A stretch of 63,833 nucleotides of DNA, counting the filler, from Rhabdomonas costata (Eukaryota): assembly GCA_019059605.1 (NCBI GenBank). It is 34 parts of 34 records of this genome, joined end to end, with 100 filler letters (N's around TTAATTAATTAA, not from the genome) between each part and the next. Parts side by side here need not be neighbours in the genome. Positions count along the whole stretch, not along the records: positions 1 to 1,782 come from JAHMHO010009146.1; positions 1,883 to 3,664 come from JAHMHO010009147.1; positions 3,765 to 5,546 come from JAHMHO010009148.1; positions 5,647 to 7,428 come from JAHMHO010009149.1; positions 7,529 to 9,309 come from JAHMHO010009150.1; positions 9,410 to 11,189 come from JAHMHO010009151.1; positions 11,290 to 13,067 come from JAHMHO010009152.1; 27 more parts are not named here. One strand, 5' to 3'. Shown piece after piece: positions 1 through 12,538 of the stretch (its first letter is position 1; every line of letters begins with the position of its first letter). The position numbers and the translations under genes are program-made. The notes beneath the pieces were generated by a model. It was not told the DNA's origin, made no database searches, and was given only the letters and a program-made list of their open reading frames with translations.

Positions 1-1782
1 ACTGCCATGGAGGTGAAGGTTTAGGTGTTGATTCTGCAAAAAGTTCTGCTGTTGATTCTGAAAGTTGCGCATCTGGTGCATTGGAGTTGCCCTGGTCAGT
101 CATCGGACGCAAAGTCAGCGGGCGCCGTTCGCACGGTGAAAGCGGAGCTCGATTTCAACCCACCGTGAAAAAACACAAAATTCCAGCTCCAAAGCGCTTT
201 TGCGGAACACAACAAGCGAGCAATTTGACAGAAAAAGCATTCCAAAGCTGTTCCGTCGCGGCACGTTTCAGATGAATTTCCCCCAATTTCCACCAGCCAC
301 TTCATGGGTAAGGCTGAGTTTCTGCCTGAAAGAGAAGACCGCGACAAAACTGCCGCACCCATCGCACGCTCGCCGGAACAGAGTCAGAGCGAAGGCCCAA
401 AAAGGTTGATTCCCACTTCATTCCCCCAAGAGCGCAGAAAAGGATATACCAAACATACTGAGGCCAGTGCAGCAGAAGCAACAGTCGCACCCAATGCTAA
501 GCAGTGCCGGGGGGTGGGGGTCGACACCAACAAGAGAGAGGGTAATGAGCCCCCCCAAATGGATCAAGGGTCTGAGCAGAGGGAAAGTACCCACAGGTTG
601 CTGCGCTGAGCAGATTCACTACAAAGCTACGCGCACTTCATCTCACAACGCGGTGAGGTAGCACCGAGGCCTCAGAAAAAAAGAGAGAAAGGGAAAAAAG
701 GGTGGGACCGCAAGTCGAGAATGTGAAGAAGGCATTACTGCGAAATTTCATACTTACACGCTCCAATCTTGGGAGTGCTTGACGTTCTGCAGCGGTGAGT
801 GCTTGCATCGTTGCTCAACGATTGTCTCTCGCCTTTGGGTGTTCTCGTCTAGGCAGAGGTGATCACTGCAGACTCAGTGGTGTTGATTGCCGAGATGTGT
901 GAGTCTGAGGATGTCTGTATTTTGCGGAAATGGTAAGAAAAAATGGAAAAAGAAGCACAGCCAGCAATGAAAGGAAGTGAGAGAGGGAAGTGGTGGTAGG
1001 CAGTGAAACTGACGTGCGTGTATGCCTGCAAGTTGGAGATCAGAATGAAAGCTCTTGGCATCATGCTCTCTTCGCCACAAAACATTATTCACATAAATGG
1101 GGGCGGGGGGCAAAAACGATCCATAGGCATGCAAACCCGCTGATTCAGTGCTCGGCGTTTTTTCCTGACAGGTTCCATGCATTATTGAGGAGGTGACAGG
1201 AAGCCTCAAACGCAATTGACTCCCGTAGAGACTGGATCGGGCCATCATAGGGGAACTCAAAGTTGAAGAAAAAAGCACCTTTAAAAAGACAGCACAAAAA
1301 GAGCAAGTGCACACCCCACAGTTCTGCACAAAAAACCTGCCTATGACCCTGGTTGCGTACACGTCTGATCATCTACCCTCGCACGAGCATATGGAAACCC
1401 AGGGAAGCCAACGGAAATGCGTAGTTGTACAAAAACCGAACCTGGAGGGCTGAAAAAGGGGGCCGGGGGGCTTCAAAGGGGTCCAGAAGACAGCATAAAG
1501 CCAAAGGAAAAGGAAAATGAAGAGCAAAATGAGAACCTGCACTCAGCCCCATAAAAGCGCTTCAGCTTGAGTGTTTGCTCACAAGAAGAAGAAGAAGCTG
1601 ACAAGCATCAAACCTATTCACACAACATAACGCCACAAAAACCCTGACGCCATCGAATGGAATCGAACAATTTGAAACAAACGCGGTGCAGACCGGCTCG
1701 GTGCACCTTGAGAAGGAGCATCGGGAGAGGCTCCGAAGCTCCCAAGAGGGGTATACTCAGCAGAATTCAAAAACCCACACCC

Positions 1783-1882
1783 NNNNNNNNNNNNNNNNNN
1801 NNNNNNNNNNNNNNNNNNNNNNNNNNTTAATTAATTAANNNNNNNNNNNNNNNNNNNNNNNNNNNNNNNNNNNNNNNNNNNN
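1783..1882. other. Artificial contig-joining spacer N44-TTAATTAATTAA-N44 (first of 33, recurring about every 1.88 kb to 62054)
   Basis: Identical 100-nt spacer with a six-frame stop core. Contigs between spacers are all about 1778-1782 nt, consistent with a size-ordered concatenation of a fragmented assembly. Confidence 0.99.
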
Positions 1883-3764
1883 GGTTGGGGGGCGACAAGA
1901 TAGACTGCATTGGTCGAGCCTTCCGCAGTTCACGTACTTTGTCTGTGTGCCGTGGAAGGACCTAGATTCACTTGCTGTGGCTAGATTCACAAGCCTGTGC
2001 ACTGCCATGTTTGCAGACGTGCCAAAGTGGATTCAAAGTGGATTGTCTCCCTGGTCCTCACTACAATTGCGACAATGATGTCGGTTCCGGAAGTCCAAAA
2101 TTGTGTCTGACGAATAAATATGGAGGGCAATACGGAGTGCCCGCCCAGCCAAATATCGGGGTCCCGTCCGGGCGGCTTTCCGGGTGAAGGTACGGCACGG
2201 TGATGGGGAGTCTCGACAGCGTGTTTCATCTACCGCAATGCGCGCCCGCCGTCGCGATGTAAGGCGTGGCCAATTGTTTCCCGCGGTCGCCCTTTTCCCC
2301 CAGCCTTCGTGCCCACACTCCCCCGGACCACGGGCAGACGTTCCCAAGCCCTGGGTCCGTCCTTGCGCCAGCAGTTGAGGCGCAACTTGCCCCACCAGCC
2401 GTCCAACCAGCCCATGTTTGAAACCTCGACTGCGGACACCCCGCTTCCTGGAACGGATTCGGGCGCGGTCCCAGCCTTGCTGACCGAAAACCCGTACGTA
2501 TGGTTTGGTTTTTATCTCTATCTGTCTCAATCGGACTGTTCCCACATCAGGCACGTCTAAAAAACAACCCACCTACAAATGGAGGCCCGGTACCAAAGCT
2601 GAATGCGATGATGCGCAAATATTTTTGTCGTGTCCGGACGTCTTCCTAGTTTACCCCCGCATTATATCCGGAAGGCCTGCCGGAACCCTTTGGCCGCAAT
2701 GCAGGTCCATCAAAACGGTTGAACCACGGCACGGGGCAGTATGTCCCTGATGTTGACTGGCGCTTCGACGGAAGGCTTTAATACCGCATGCGTGCTTTTT
2801 CGGGGTGGCAAATTTCTCCCTATGCATTTGTACTTGTTCAGTTGGGGGCGCGACCCAGAAGTCTGCGCGTCTGTGTTTTTTGAAGGGCTCCACCATCACA
2901 CGAAGGCAGATTCGATCAACAAAGGCCAAACCAAATACCCAACTCTCTTGCGATGCTTTGCGATCGCCTAAACAATGGGTGTAAGCATAATCGAAGCCGA
3001 CATGGCACGAATGATTTTATGGTCACCCCGGTTTTTATCGTTCTATTTCCCTTCCGTTTTGCCGGCAGCCAAAAAAAAAACAAAAAATGTGGAAATCAGA
3101 AAACACTCTCGGTCCTTATTTTTGCCAAGGTTTGGCCATCTAAACCGATGTTCCATGTCGTGTTGGTGATGTTTTTTGCTTGCTGACCGGGTCTGTGGGC
3201 TGCTTTCGGGGCTGGTCTCTGGGTTGGGCTTGTTTGTTTAGCTTCTTTGCTGCTGTTCGGTCCGGGCTCGGAGCCGCAAAGTAAGCACAAACGCATTCCG
3301 GGAAAACATCGGAGCCCCGCGCAACGTTTAGAACTACCCTTCCACAGAGAATCAGGACGTCAAACCATTGCTGCGTTACGGCATTCAAAAGCGCAGCAGA
3401 TTCATTCCTTCGGCCTCCAGCATACACACCAATTGTCGCTCTAGCACTCTAGCCTGTTCTGTGTGCTTGCACTCTCACCCACAACTCCGAGTCAAGCGAG
3501 CACGGCCACTGCAGAGCACAAAAGGAACGTCATCAACGAGCAGTCATGAAGTTCACGCAGCAAAAGCGGAAGGCTGGTGCTGGAGGATGGGTGGGCTTGG
3601 GTGCAATGAAAAAGACTGTACCAACTGCACGACGGCATATCGGTTTTCTTCCCCCCCCCCCCCCNNNNNNNNNNNNNNNNNNNNNNNNNNNNNNNNNNNN
3701 NNNNNNNNTTAATTAATTAANNNNNNNNNNNNNNNNNNNNNNNNNNNNNNNNNNNNNNNNNNNN

Positions 3765-4320
3765 GTGTTGGGTGTGGTGGGCAATGAAGAGCGAACCGCG
3801 ATCTTCCGGAAATCCGAAGCCAGATACCTAGCAGCACACCTGGAACATCAGCAAGTACGTGGTACACAGTTTTCGAATTGAGCCTTCTCCATATTTTGAC
3901 GCCACTGAGAACATTGAATTGCACGACTCGGTTTTTCGGATCGCCTACATTGTACTGGACTATCGAACCATCGAACTATCGACTTGTTTGCAGATCCATG
4001 CACAACCAAACTGCGGCGGTTCCTCAGTGCGCGCCAACGATATGAGACAAGTGGCTTCAATGCGTTCAACCACCAATGGGACGGAGAGAGTGGGTATGAA
4101 AACCACCATCTTGTCCATCCTTCATCGATTTCTTCGCCTGGTGTGCATCGAGCCCATCATGCTAGACTTTCCAGTTTGGCCGAATGCCTATTGTTACCAC
4201 GCTGCCGGACAAGTAGAGAAAAGTACTTTGTGTGTGACTGACACTGCTGCGTTGACGACCACGATAACGTGAGGATAAAACCGAAGTGGTATAAACTGTT
4301 TGCCATTATCGACTGCACCA
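3765..4320 (+). mobile_element. Decayed DIRS-order (tyrosine-recombinase) retrotransposon: end of RNase H plus Dam-like methyltransferase domain
   Basis: Across frameshifts: FDATENIELHDSVF..., TIDLFADPCTTKLRRFLS...SGFNAFNHQWDGESGYENHH, ...LSILHRFLRL...IMLDFPVWPNAYCY, ...KPKWYKLFAIID. These match the DIRS MT pattern (xIDLFAs..naKl.RF.S...g.dAF...W.ge..yaNPP...lv.P.Wp...W). Stops and frameshifts are present and the NPP motif is decayed. Confidence 0.65.
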
Positions 4321-4949
4321 GCGCTTCACCTGAGACTCTACAGATCTTGAATGTGCGGCTTCCACCCATTCAGAAAGGAGAAAGTCCCACCAGCGAGCTG
4401 CTCGAAGTACCACTAAAACAACCGGTGTCATAAAGATCCACCACTATGGTGTAGGTGTAGGAGGAAAATGGTGAGCACCCCTGATTCGGACCCAACCACC
4501 ACGGAAGACATACCCTACTTCTTCGAGCAGGCGAACCATGACAACGAAGATGAAGTCTGTCGTCGGTGAACACACACTCACGGAGGAGCACGCACGAGTT
4601 TATTTTATTTTTCTCAACTTACCTCTGTTTCACTAACTTCCACTAACTACCCCAATCACTTCTACGAACCACTCCCAGTGAAATCCACCACAAATGAGCG
4701 ACCGTTCCACGCTGATGATCAATCTCTGGACGAGGGACAAGCTACCACCACCAGAGCACCAACACGCTTATAGAAGGCTTAACGACAACAAGTCGAAGCG
4801 GATATCTGGTGAGATGCTGTCCACACACAGTCAATACCACGATACCTCGAGCTTCGTCGCCAGGAATGTCAAGCAGTCAAGTGAGCAAAATACACCCTGC
4901 TAAGCTTCGACATCTACGCCGACCTCTCAAGTTGCTCGCTTAACCAATA

Positions 4950-5450
4950 CTCACCGATCAATCATGGTTGATCCCTCCGAGTCCCGGACGTGGCCGAGGC
5001 TATCGCCCAAACCCCAACTCTGTACATTCGTGTCTACATCTCTCTCTCGGATTGTTCCCTCTCGGCAATCGAAGTACGCTGAACCGAACTCCGAGCAGAC
5101 TTCGAAGAATCGAGGAAGTATCAATATGGACGCCGATAGGCGGTTGGGCCCCCGCCAGAAGGCAGAAGCGAAGAGTGACGGGATGACGAAGGGCCAAATG
5201 CCACCAATGATTACCGACAAGGTACCTGAAGTCTTCGGCACTATAATGTGCCTCTGTAACTTCCTGAATGCCAAGGCTTTTGGAACGCCGAGACATCGGA
5301 AATTCAAAGGCATCGTGAATGCCAACACCTACGACACCTACAACCGTGCTGTCAACGACAAAGCCCCGTAAGCCGACCTTGACGCCTGACCGACTCCTTC
5401 GACAACTCATTGACATCGTCCGGCACCAGCGAAGCCCACCAGACCCTCCA
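4950..5450 (+). mobile_element. Probable N-terminal part of the tyrosine recombinase ORF of the same DIRS-like element (decayed)
   Basis: Intronless ORF remnants downstream of the MT domain, in the order expected for DIRS. GTIMCLCNFLNAKAFGTP...KAP/RKPTLTPDRLLRQLI resembles the SAM-like domain and linker before the YR catalytic domain. The contig ends before any catalytic motif. Confidence 0.35.
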
Positions 5451-6459
5451 ACCCTTTTCTTTTTCTCTCGGCACAATGCACTTGCACATGTTCTCTTCAG
5501 GTTTTTGAGATTTACCACCAGAACTTTTCAAAGGACGCCGATCCCTNNNNNNNNNNNNNNNNNNNNNNNNNNNNNNNNNNNNNNNNNNNNTTAATTAATT
5601 AANNNNNNNNNNNNNNNNNNNNNNNNNNNNNNNNNNNNNNNNNNNNGGGGTGTTTGTTTCTTCTCCCTTTTGGCGCAGCAAGAATTGAACCCGGTTTCTG
5701 AGCTCCTCGCAGCCTAACAGGAGGCACCCCCTGAATGGCTCTTGTGGAAGGATAAAAGTCTTTGTGCGCACAAAAGGAAGAAGAAACAAATAACCAACAC
5801 AAAGCCATTGCGAAAGTGTTCTACTGGCGAGGTGAAAACGGTAATGGGAGAGGTCAACGTCACACTGATTGTTGTGGGCCCAGGGGGCCAAGAGCCATTT
5901 GCCTGAACCCGTTTTTTGTCGGGAGAGGTCAGTGGGGCTTCGAGTGGATGTGCACACATTTTGGGCGCTTTTACCCCGAATCCTCCTCCTCCTCTAATCC
6001 ACTTCTAATTCCATTCCCTCACTTCTGATCGTCATCCGCCCATGCCCAGTTTTCTGTTTTTGCCTCGCATCAGTCAACGCGCTATGTGATCAACGCACAC
6101 ACGCACGCACACATGGCACACACACACTCACTCACTTTCTCTCTTCTCTCTTCTCTCTTCTCTCTTCTCCTCTTCCTACGTACTTTTGCTGCTGTCCTGT
6201 GCACTTATTTGTGTATGTTTGCTGTTTGCCTAAGGTTTGCACCCCCTGTGCGGGTAGCGGGTAGAAAGGACGTTTTTGCTTATTGAGATGTCTTTGAACT
6301 GCACCAACTCCATACCGTACACAATAGCAATCCAATTCATGGTCTCTTCTTAACTGACAGTCAGGTTTCAGCTAAATGCTTCGTTAGGGTGTCATCCCTG
6401 CTGGTCGGAGGCAGCTGTGTGCTGTGTTTGAATGGGGCCGGGGGTGGGGGTGCCTGCAG

Positions 6460-6712
6460 CTACTCCGTGATTTTGATGGACCTGGCGATGCCTGTGGTGG
6501 ACGGCCTGGAGGCCACCCGGCACATCCGCGGGCTTCCGGGGTACTCCGAGGTGCCCATCGTGGGGCTGTGTGCGGAGGCCGTGGCGGAGCAGGCGCTGGC
6601 GTGCCGGGAGGCCGGGATGACGGAGGTGCTGGGGAAGCCCATGGGACCGCAGGCCTGGCACACCATCGCCAGCCTTGTGGGGAAGAACGTCCCGCTGTGC
6701 AAGGGCCCATAA
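6460..6712 (+). CDS. Terminal exon encoding a two-component receiver (REC) domain, probably the C-terminus of a hybrid histidine kinase
   Basis: Acceptor cctgcag at 6459, then YSVILMDLAMPVVDGLEATRHIR...VPIVGLCA...CREAGMTEVLGKP...*. Phospho-acceptor LMD, MPxxDG and KP are present; strong GC3 bias; TAA at 6710-6712. Confidence 0.9.
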
Positions 6713-8002
6713 TTAGTATAGGCCCGTCCCGCTCCCAGGAGAGGGCAGGGATATTATGTGGAAGGAAGGTCGCTCAGAGACAATGTAGCCCTGGCTGCTC
6801 AATGCAGCCCTCGTATTCTTTTTCCCCCTTTGCGTCTTTTTTTGCCTTTCATCCCCCATTTTGGCTCTCACTGGAGACACACCTGTCTCCTCCCATTTGT
6901 AAAGCTGTGCAACTCAAAGAGTTTGGCTGGTCCTTTGATTTGCTTTTCCGTGTCAATTTTTTTTATTCTTTTTGATTTTCGTGCTCCGCCAGTGAGCAAC
7001 TTGCAACTCCTGTGGAAGATCACCAGAAAGGCTCCGCGGCTTGCACTCAGGCGCCCCCCTGCAGTTCTTCTACTCAGCACCTTTTCTCCTCTGGGCTTTC
7101 CCCTTGCTGGGAGCCTGCATTGTGCTCTGGTGTGTTGAGTATCTCAGGCCATGACCTTTCTTGTGAGAATTCTGTGCACTCTGCTCCCCTGGTCAGCTGG
7201 CGACGTCTTCCCCTCGGCTCACCCCATCGTAAAACGGGATAACCGTTGTGTTGGTCACGGACACCGTGGGGTTGGGAGAGAAACTGAGTGGGAGACGGCG
7301 GCTTTTCCCGTGCCATTTTTACCCATAGCTTTGCCTGCAGTGTTAAGTTTCCCCGTTTGCATAGGTTGGAGGTCTCTTTGCGTCGCATCAAAAAAAAAGC
7401 AGCACCCCCCCCCCCCCCCCCCCCAACCNNNNNNNNNNNNNNNNNNNNNNNNNNNNNNNNNNNNNNNNNNNNTTAATTAATTAANNNNNNNNNNNNNNNN
7501 NNNNNNNNNNNNNNNNNNNNNNNNNNNNGTGGTGGGGGAGAAGGCAAGCCACACTTTCCAAAGAAACGAGTTGTGGGTCTTAAATGAAAAAACTTAAAGC
7601 ACAAAGTATTCCAAAACGGTAAATAATGGCATTGGTCTACGGTATGTGCGCCGTTTTTGCCCGAACATTGACCCACGAGGGGAAGTGGGGACAACGACGC
7701 TGAATTATTTGCCTTTATAGGATCCTTTTGTTTGAGTTTTGCCACTTCTTTAAAACGTTTTTCTGACGTTTTTAACTTAATTTAGCAATAGTTTTAGGTC
7801 ATTTTTCTGTTTCCCTTGATAACGGTTACCACTCGCCCCCGCCCTTCTTGAACTTCCATTGGGCCCCTTTGCACGCGGTTCAGGTACGCCTTGCACGCCT
7901 TCCAGGGTTCCAGTGGAAGCTTTTGCAAGGGGTACGTATGTGATGCATGCTTGGCTATACTTCGATCCGAGATGTCCAGGAACGTCATGCTCTGTGTGGT
8001 TA

Positions 8003-9087
8003 GGGCTTCACCCCACAAGGACAAGGATGGGTTCGCCATCCCCGCGACCCTCCCGTCTTCAGAAGTGCATCGAAACGCCGTGCCGCAGCCCTCTCCTCCT
8101 CCCGACCCGCCACCGCCATCGCCGCCGCCCATGGAGGGCAACCACACAGCAGCAAACTCAGCACAGGTGTTTTTGTGTGCTTAGCCCGGCGTGAAGAAGA
8201 GCGATAAGAAAAACGCCTTTTTGCATGCGGAAGCCCATCGGCATTTGGTGCGTTCGGAGGATGCCGTACAATTCGAAATTCGAAGGACGAAGGACGTGTC
8301 TCGGCTTCCCCGTCTCTTCGATAGCTCTCTTCTTTTGTGTGTGTGCCCGCAGGATGAGGTGGGCGATGCGCGAAGAGGCGATGTTCTCCGTGGTTTCGAG
8401 AAAATTCACAGCATCAAAGCGCTCAGTGAAAGTGTCCCAGAGGTTTGTCTGCACACCCTGTTAGATAGAACGTAAACACAACGTGGATGGGTCACCACCG
8501 TCGTGTTAGAGCTTGTAGACGGTCAGACTAATCCACACCAAAAATAACCAGAGGAAAGTCACCGTGAAATAACCTCTCTGAGGTGTGTGATTGCTTTCAA
8601 GTTTCAACACACGCGAGCGCGCACAAAGAGAATAAAACAAAGGGGAATTCGTCAGCGAAACAAACCTGCACACGACAGAAGCACCGCGTTTTCATGCGCG
8701 CGAAGGTTTCTGTCCTTCTTCAAAATCAGAATTCGTTGCTTTTGGAGGTGGTGTGCAAAAATGATTTTCAGGTCATCCTCCTGTCCCGTCGGATTTTTCG
8801 GACTGTTATTAATGAGGCTCGGCGGGGGAGCTTCTTCGCCGGCGTGTGTTTACTGGCGTCTTTCTTTGGAATGGCTGTGGCCGGCTTTCCTGACAAACAG
8901 GGGCAGGTTTAATATCGATCATTGTTCTGTCATCTGCCGGTGAAGAAGGAAAGGAGCTCGAGTGGTGAGAATGAGAGACAGAGAGCGAGGATGGGGATGG
9001 GGATGGGGTGTCCACAGGTGGTTGATGACGACTTCGTATCGTCCCCATCGTCCGATCCCGGGGACACCAGGGACTTCTCCCCGCAGG
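8003..9087 (+). CDS. Putative exons of a hypothetical, partly proline-rich protein (approx. 8003-8166, 8185-8247?, 8353-8442, 9018-9086)
   Basis: In-frame AG/GT-bounded segments: ASPHKDKDGFAIPATLPSS...PPPSPPP..., DEVGDARRGDVLRGFEKIHSIKALSESVPE, VVDDDFVSSPSSDPGDTRDFSPQ. No family recognised. Confidence 0.4.
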
Positions 9088-10479
9088 TTGATGTTCAGCT
9101 GGTGTGTATTTGCACATTTTTCTATTTTCACCCACGGACTGTGCAGTTTGCTCGCATTCTTACGGATATTTATGTTTTTGCGATGAAAAGACCCAAAGGA
9201 AAAAACAAAAACTCTACGACGAAAAGACAAGAAGGAGAAAACAGCACAACATCAACAGCACAACATTTTCGAGGACAAATGAATACAGTTTCACAGTTGC
9301 GATAACAACNNNNNNNNNNNNNNNNNNNNNNNNNNNNNNNNNNNNNNNNNNNNTTAATTAATTAANNNNNNNNNNNNNNNNNNNNNNNNNNNNNNNNNNN
9401 NNNNNNNNNCACACACACACACAGGCAACAGCCAGCGCGCAATGCGCCCAACACACACACACACACTCTCTCTCTCGCCATGCATGCCCTCCGATTTCAG
9501 ATGCGAAGCATCCCACAATAAGTCGACCTCCACCCCACAGTCCCAAAGAACCCGACGAAGAGCGTCCAAGACAGGGGGAGATGGTGCCTAGCTGATGATG
9601 ACCCAACCACTCCCCCAGGTTCGAAACGCCAGTCACTCCAGTAAGACATCAGATCATCCAGCTGCTCAACCCAGGGTTCACCCCTTTCACCTCACTTACA
9701 CTCTCTCTCCATTCATGCCGGGGGACAGGGGAGTCGAGCAAGAGGAGAAAGTGACCGCCTAGGGCGGGTTCTCGTTGGGGAGTTTCCTGCATTCTTGCAG
9801 TGTTTGCAAGCGGAGATAGAGACCGCCATGGGGGGGTTCCCCTTGCTTGTTTGTGCTTATGTTCACCATGGTTCGTCCAAACTCGCAGTGATTAAGGGCC
9901 GGGTGTGGGACGACCCAAGCGAGCTTGAAAAAAAGAAAGAAAAAGAAGCCCCCTTAAAGAATTACAAGCCGTCGGCACAAACCAAAACCACTTTTTTGTG
10001 GTGCAATTCTACAAGGCACCACAGTTCAGCGAAAGGTCCACGTGCAAACAGCAAACAGCAAACAGCAAACCACACAAGGAACAAGAAAGAGATGAGAAGC
10101 CGGAAGGTAACTTGTTGAGTTTGCACCGCTTGTTGAATGCGGGATTAAGTTCCTTGACGACGGCACGCTTGCCGGCACACCCTAGCAGCTTTTTTCTCAC
10201 GCTCTTACGTCTCTCTTTTCAGAGTTCCCCTGAGCTTAACTTTTCGACGACGTTTGTGTGGGGTGATGTGTCCCGCATCCCGCCGAGCTCTTTACGACCG
10301 GCTCCGTCGGTCCCCTTGGTTTTTTGTTTCCCCCAACATCCGCACAGCACCAGCCACCCACACCCGCCACACGATCCCCTTTAAAATTTTCAACCCGCAT
10401 CCCACGCGCGGACACACACCAGTTTTTGCAGTCCCCCTCCCAGTTACTCCTCACACTTACACCCTCCAGGAGTGTGATT

Positions 10480-11189
10480 TTCCGCTGTTTCAGCTCTGTA
10501 CCCCTTTTTTTTCTGCTGCACCCCCTCAGAAGAGTCGGCTGGCTTTAGATAGCGCTCCTTCAGAAGCTGCTTGCAAAACGGTGCGTCGGAGGGCAGGAGG
10601 AAGAGAGTCTGCCGGCTCACCCGGAGGAGGGGCACGAGCTGCGTCCCGGGGAGCGGCCTGGGCAAAGAGCTGATGGAAATTGCCTGTGCGCCATTGCTGG
10701 AGTCTGCCAAGGATATGCTTGACAGCTTGGCTCTGGTGGTGCCGCCCTCCTCGGGGGATCGAGTGGAGAACAAGCTTGGGGAAAGCCAGCACCAGAAAAG
10801 CTGAGGTGGCGTCAGGTGATTGAAGAAAGGCTTCGAATGGCAGCGGTGTAGGCTCCGCGCAAGGAATGCGCGCTGCCTTCGGATGTGCGCAGCGTGGGAA
10901 CCGAAGAGGCAAAATCCTCGAGCAGGGGAGCAGCCACCGACCCATTGCGTGCCGGCACCCAGGACAGAGGGAAGGATTCAAGCAGCCATCCAATGCCGCG
11001 GCTACCTGGTCATCTGCGGAAAAGCCACACCCACGGCATTGACGACCGCCAAACCAAGCGGTTGCAGCGAGCGCAAGCCCACCGGTATACACGGGCGGAG
11101 ACTGACCGAAGAATGCCCCTCGGCAGCCCGCCAAGCTCCGGAGCTCGACGACGCGAAGAGCAAGAACAACATCACCACCACCCCCAAAA
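10480..11189 (-). mobile_element. Decayed non-LTR retrotransposon fragment, CRE/SLACS-like region upstream of the reverse transcriptase
   Basis: ORF 10526-11134 contains LVLAFPKLVLHSIPRGGRHHQSQAVKHILGRLQQWRTGNFHQLF...AASEGALSKASRLF, matching the pre-RT pattern of CRE-clade elements (PKlvL...RGG...rl..W..G...l....eG..skA...L). Cys pairs lie upstream; the ORF ends prematurely. Confidence 0.6.
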
Positions 11190-11299
11190 NNNNNNNNNNN
11201 NNNNNNNNNNNNNNNNNNNNNNNNNNNNNNNNNTTAATTAATTAANNNNNNNNNNNNNNNNNNNNNNNNNNNNNNNNNNNNNNNNNNNNGGGTTGGTGT

Positions 11300-12538
11300 G
11301 TGTGTGCTTTCATGATCGACTGAGTCGGTACCCGAGGCTTTTTCCCGGGTACCTGCTTCGGTCCTTGTTACGGTTGTTGTATCCCGCCAACCAGCACACG
11401 GGAGCGAGACTTGATTATTAAAACCTTCGGGTTTCAGTTGGATAATTGAGCTTTGTCTAGGTAATTGTTTGGTTGGGAATATCTTGGTTTGCCTATGTGG
11501 TCAATGAAATCGCACGCTCTCAGGCAACATTTCCGCCTTGGAACACTGTCAAATCTCAAATGTTGACTGATGCTGCTCATTGAATGGTTGAAGGCACTTT
11601 CCGATGAAGTCTTTCCAGTTCCAAGAGAACCTATTGAACTCTCATGAGCTCTTTTATCGATCCCCAGGCTCTAGCGGCGGAGGTGGTGTCGAAGATCTCC
11701 CCTCTGAAGCTGGCGTCTCTGGGCACATGCAGCGAGAGCACTGCGTCCACCTTGGGGTCCTTGAGCACGTGTCCCACTGCTGCAGCAAACTCCGAGGCCT
11801 CTACGCCGCAAAGAGTGAGATGCCCATCCATCCACAAAAGTGCGCCATTGTGGGAATTTCACAGCACACGGGATGGCATTCAATCACAATGAAGGCTCGC
11901 TCCATTCCTACCCAAAGTTGTGATGTGGAGATATGCCTGTCAAAAATTGGAAAGGTCACAGAAGCCAGCTGTGGTCGCACGCCATGTTCGCTCTGCCCTG
12001 CTTTGTGCTGCTATGGACCCCGGGCATACTCAGGCTGGGGCAGAAGGTCAGCACAGGGTTTGTGTGCGACCATTGGTCCAGCAAGGTTTCCTGCAGCGCA
12101 GATCGGGTAGAGGGCTCCAGAGACGCCAGCTTCAGAGGGGAGATCTTCGACACCACCTCCGCCGCTAGAGCCTGGGGATCGATAAAAGAGCTCATGAGAG
12201 TTCAATAGGTTCTCTTGGAACTGGAAAGACTTCATCGGAAGTGCCTTCAACCATTCAATGAGCAGCATCAGTCAACCTTTGAGATTTGACAGTGTTCCAA
12301 GGCGGAATTGTTGTCTGAGAGCGTGCGATTTCATTGACCACATAGGCAAACCAAGATATTCCCAACCAAACAATTACCTAGACAAAGCTCAATTATCCAA
12401 CTGAAACCCGAAGGTCTTAATAATCAAGTCTCGCTCCCGTGTGCTGGTTGGCGGGATACAACAACCGTAACAAGGACCGAAGCAGGTACCCGGGAAAAAG
12501 CCTCGGGTACCGACTCAGTCGATCATGAAAGCACACAC
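11300..12538. repeat. Fold-back inverted duplication, arms 11300-11722 and 12117-12538
   Basis: Arms are reverse complements over about 422 nt with roughly 5 differences. The left arm starts at the contig start and truncates a coding exon at the junction (about 11722). Confidence 0.95.

Noticed and set aside
9575..9640. tRNA or tRNA-derived SINE (GGTTCGAAAC...CTCCA)
   Set aside because: B-box-like word only; no T-stem, anticodon stem or acceptor-stem pairing could be built.
11644..11892. Plus-strand ORF as a second acyl-CoA synthetase copy
   Set aside because: It is the fold-back arm fused to antisense sequence, not an independent gene.
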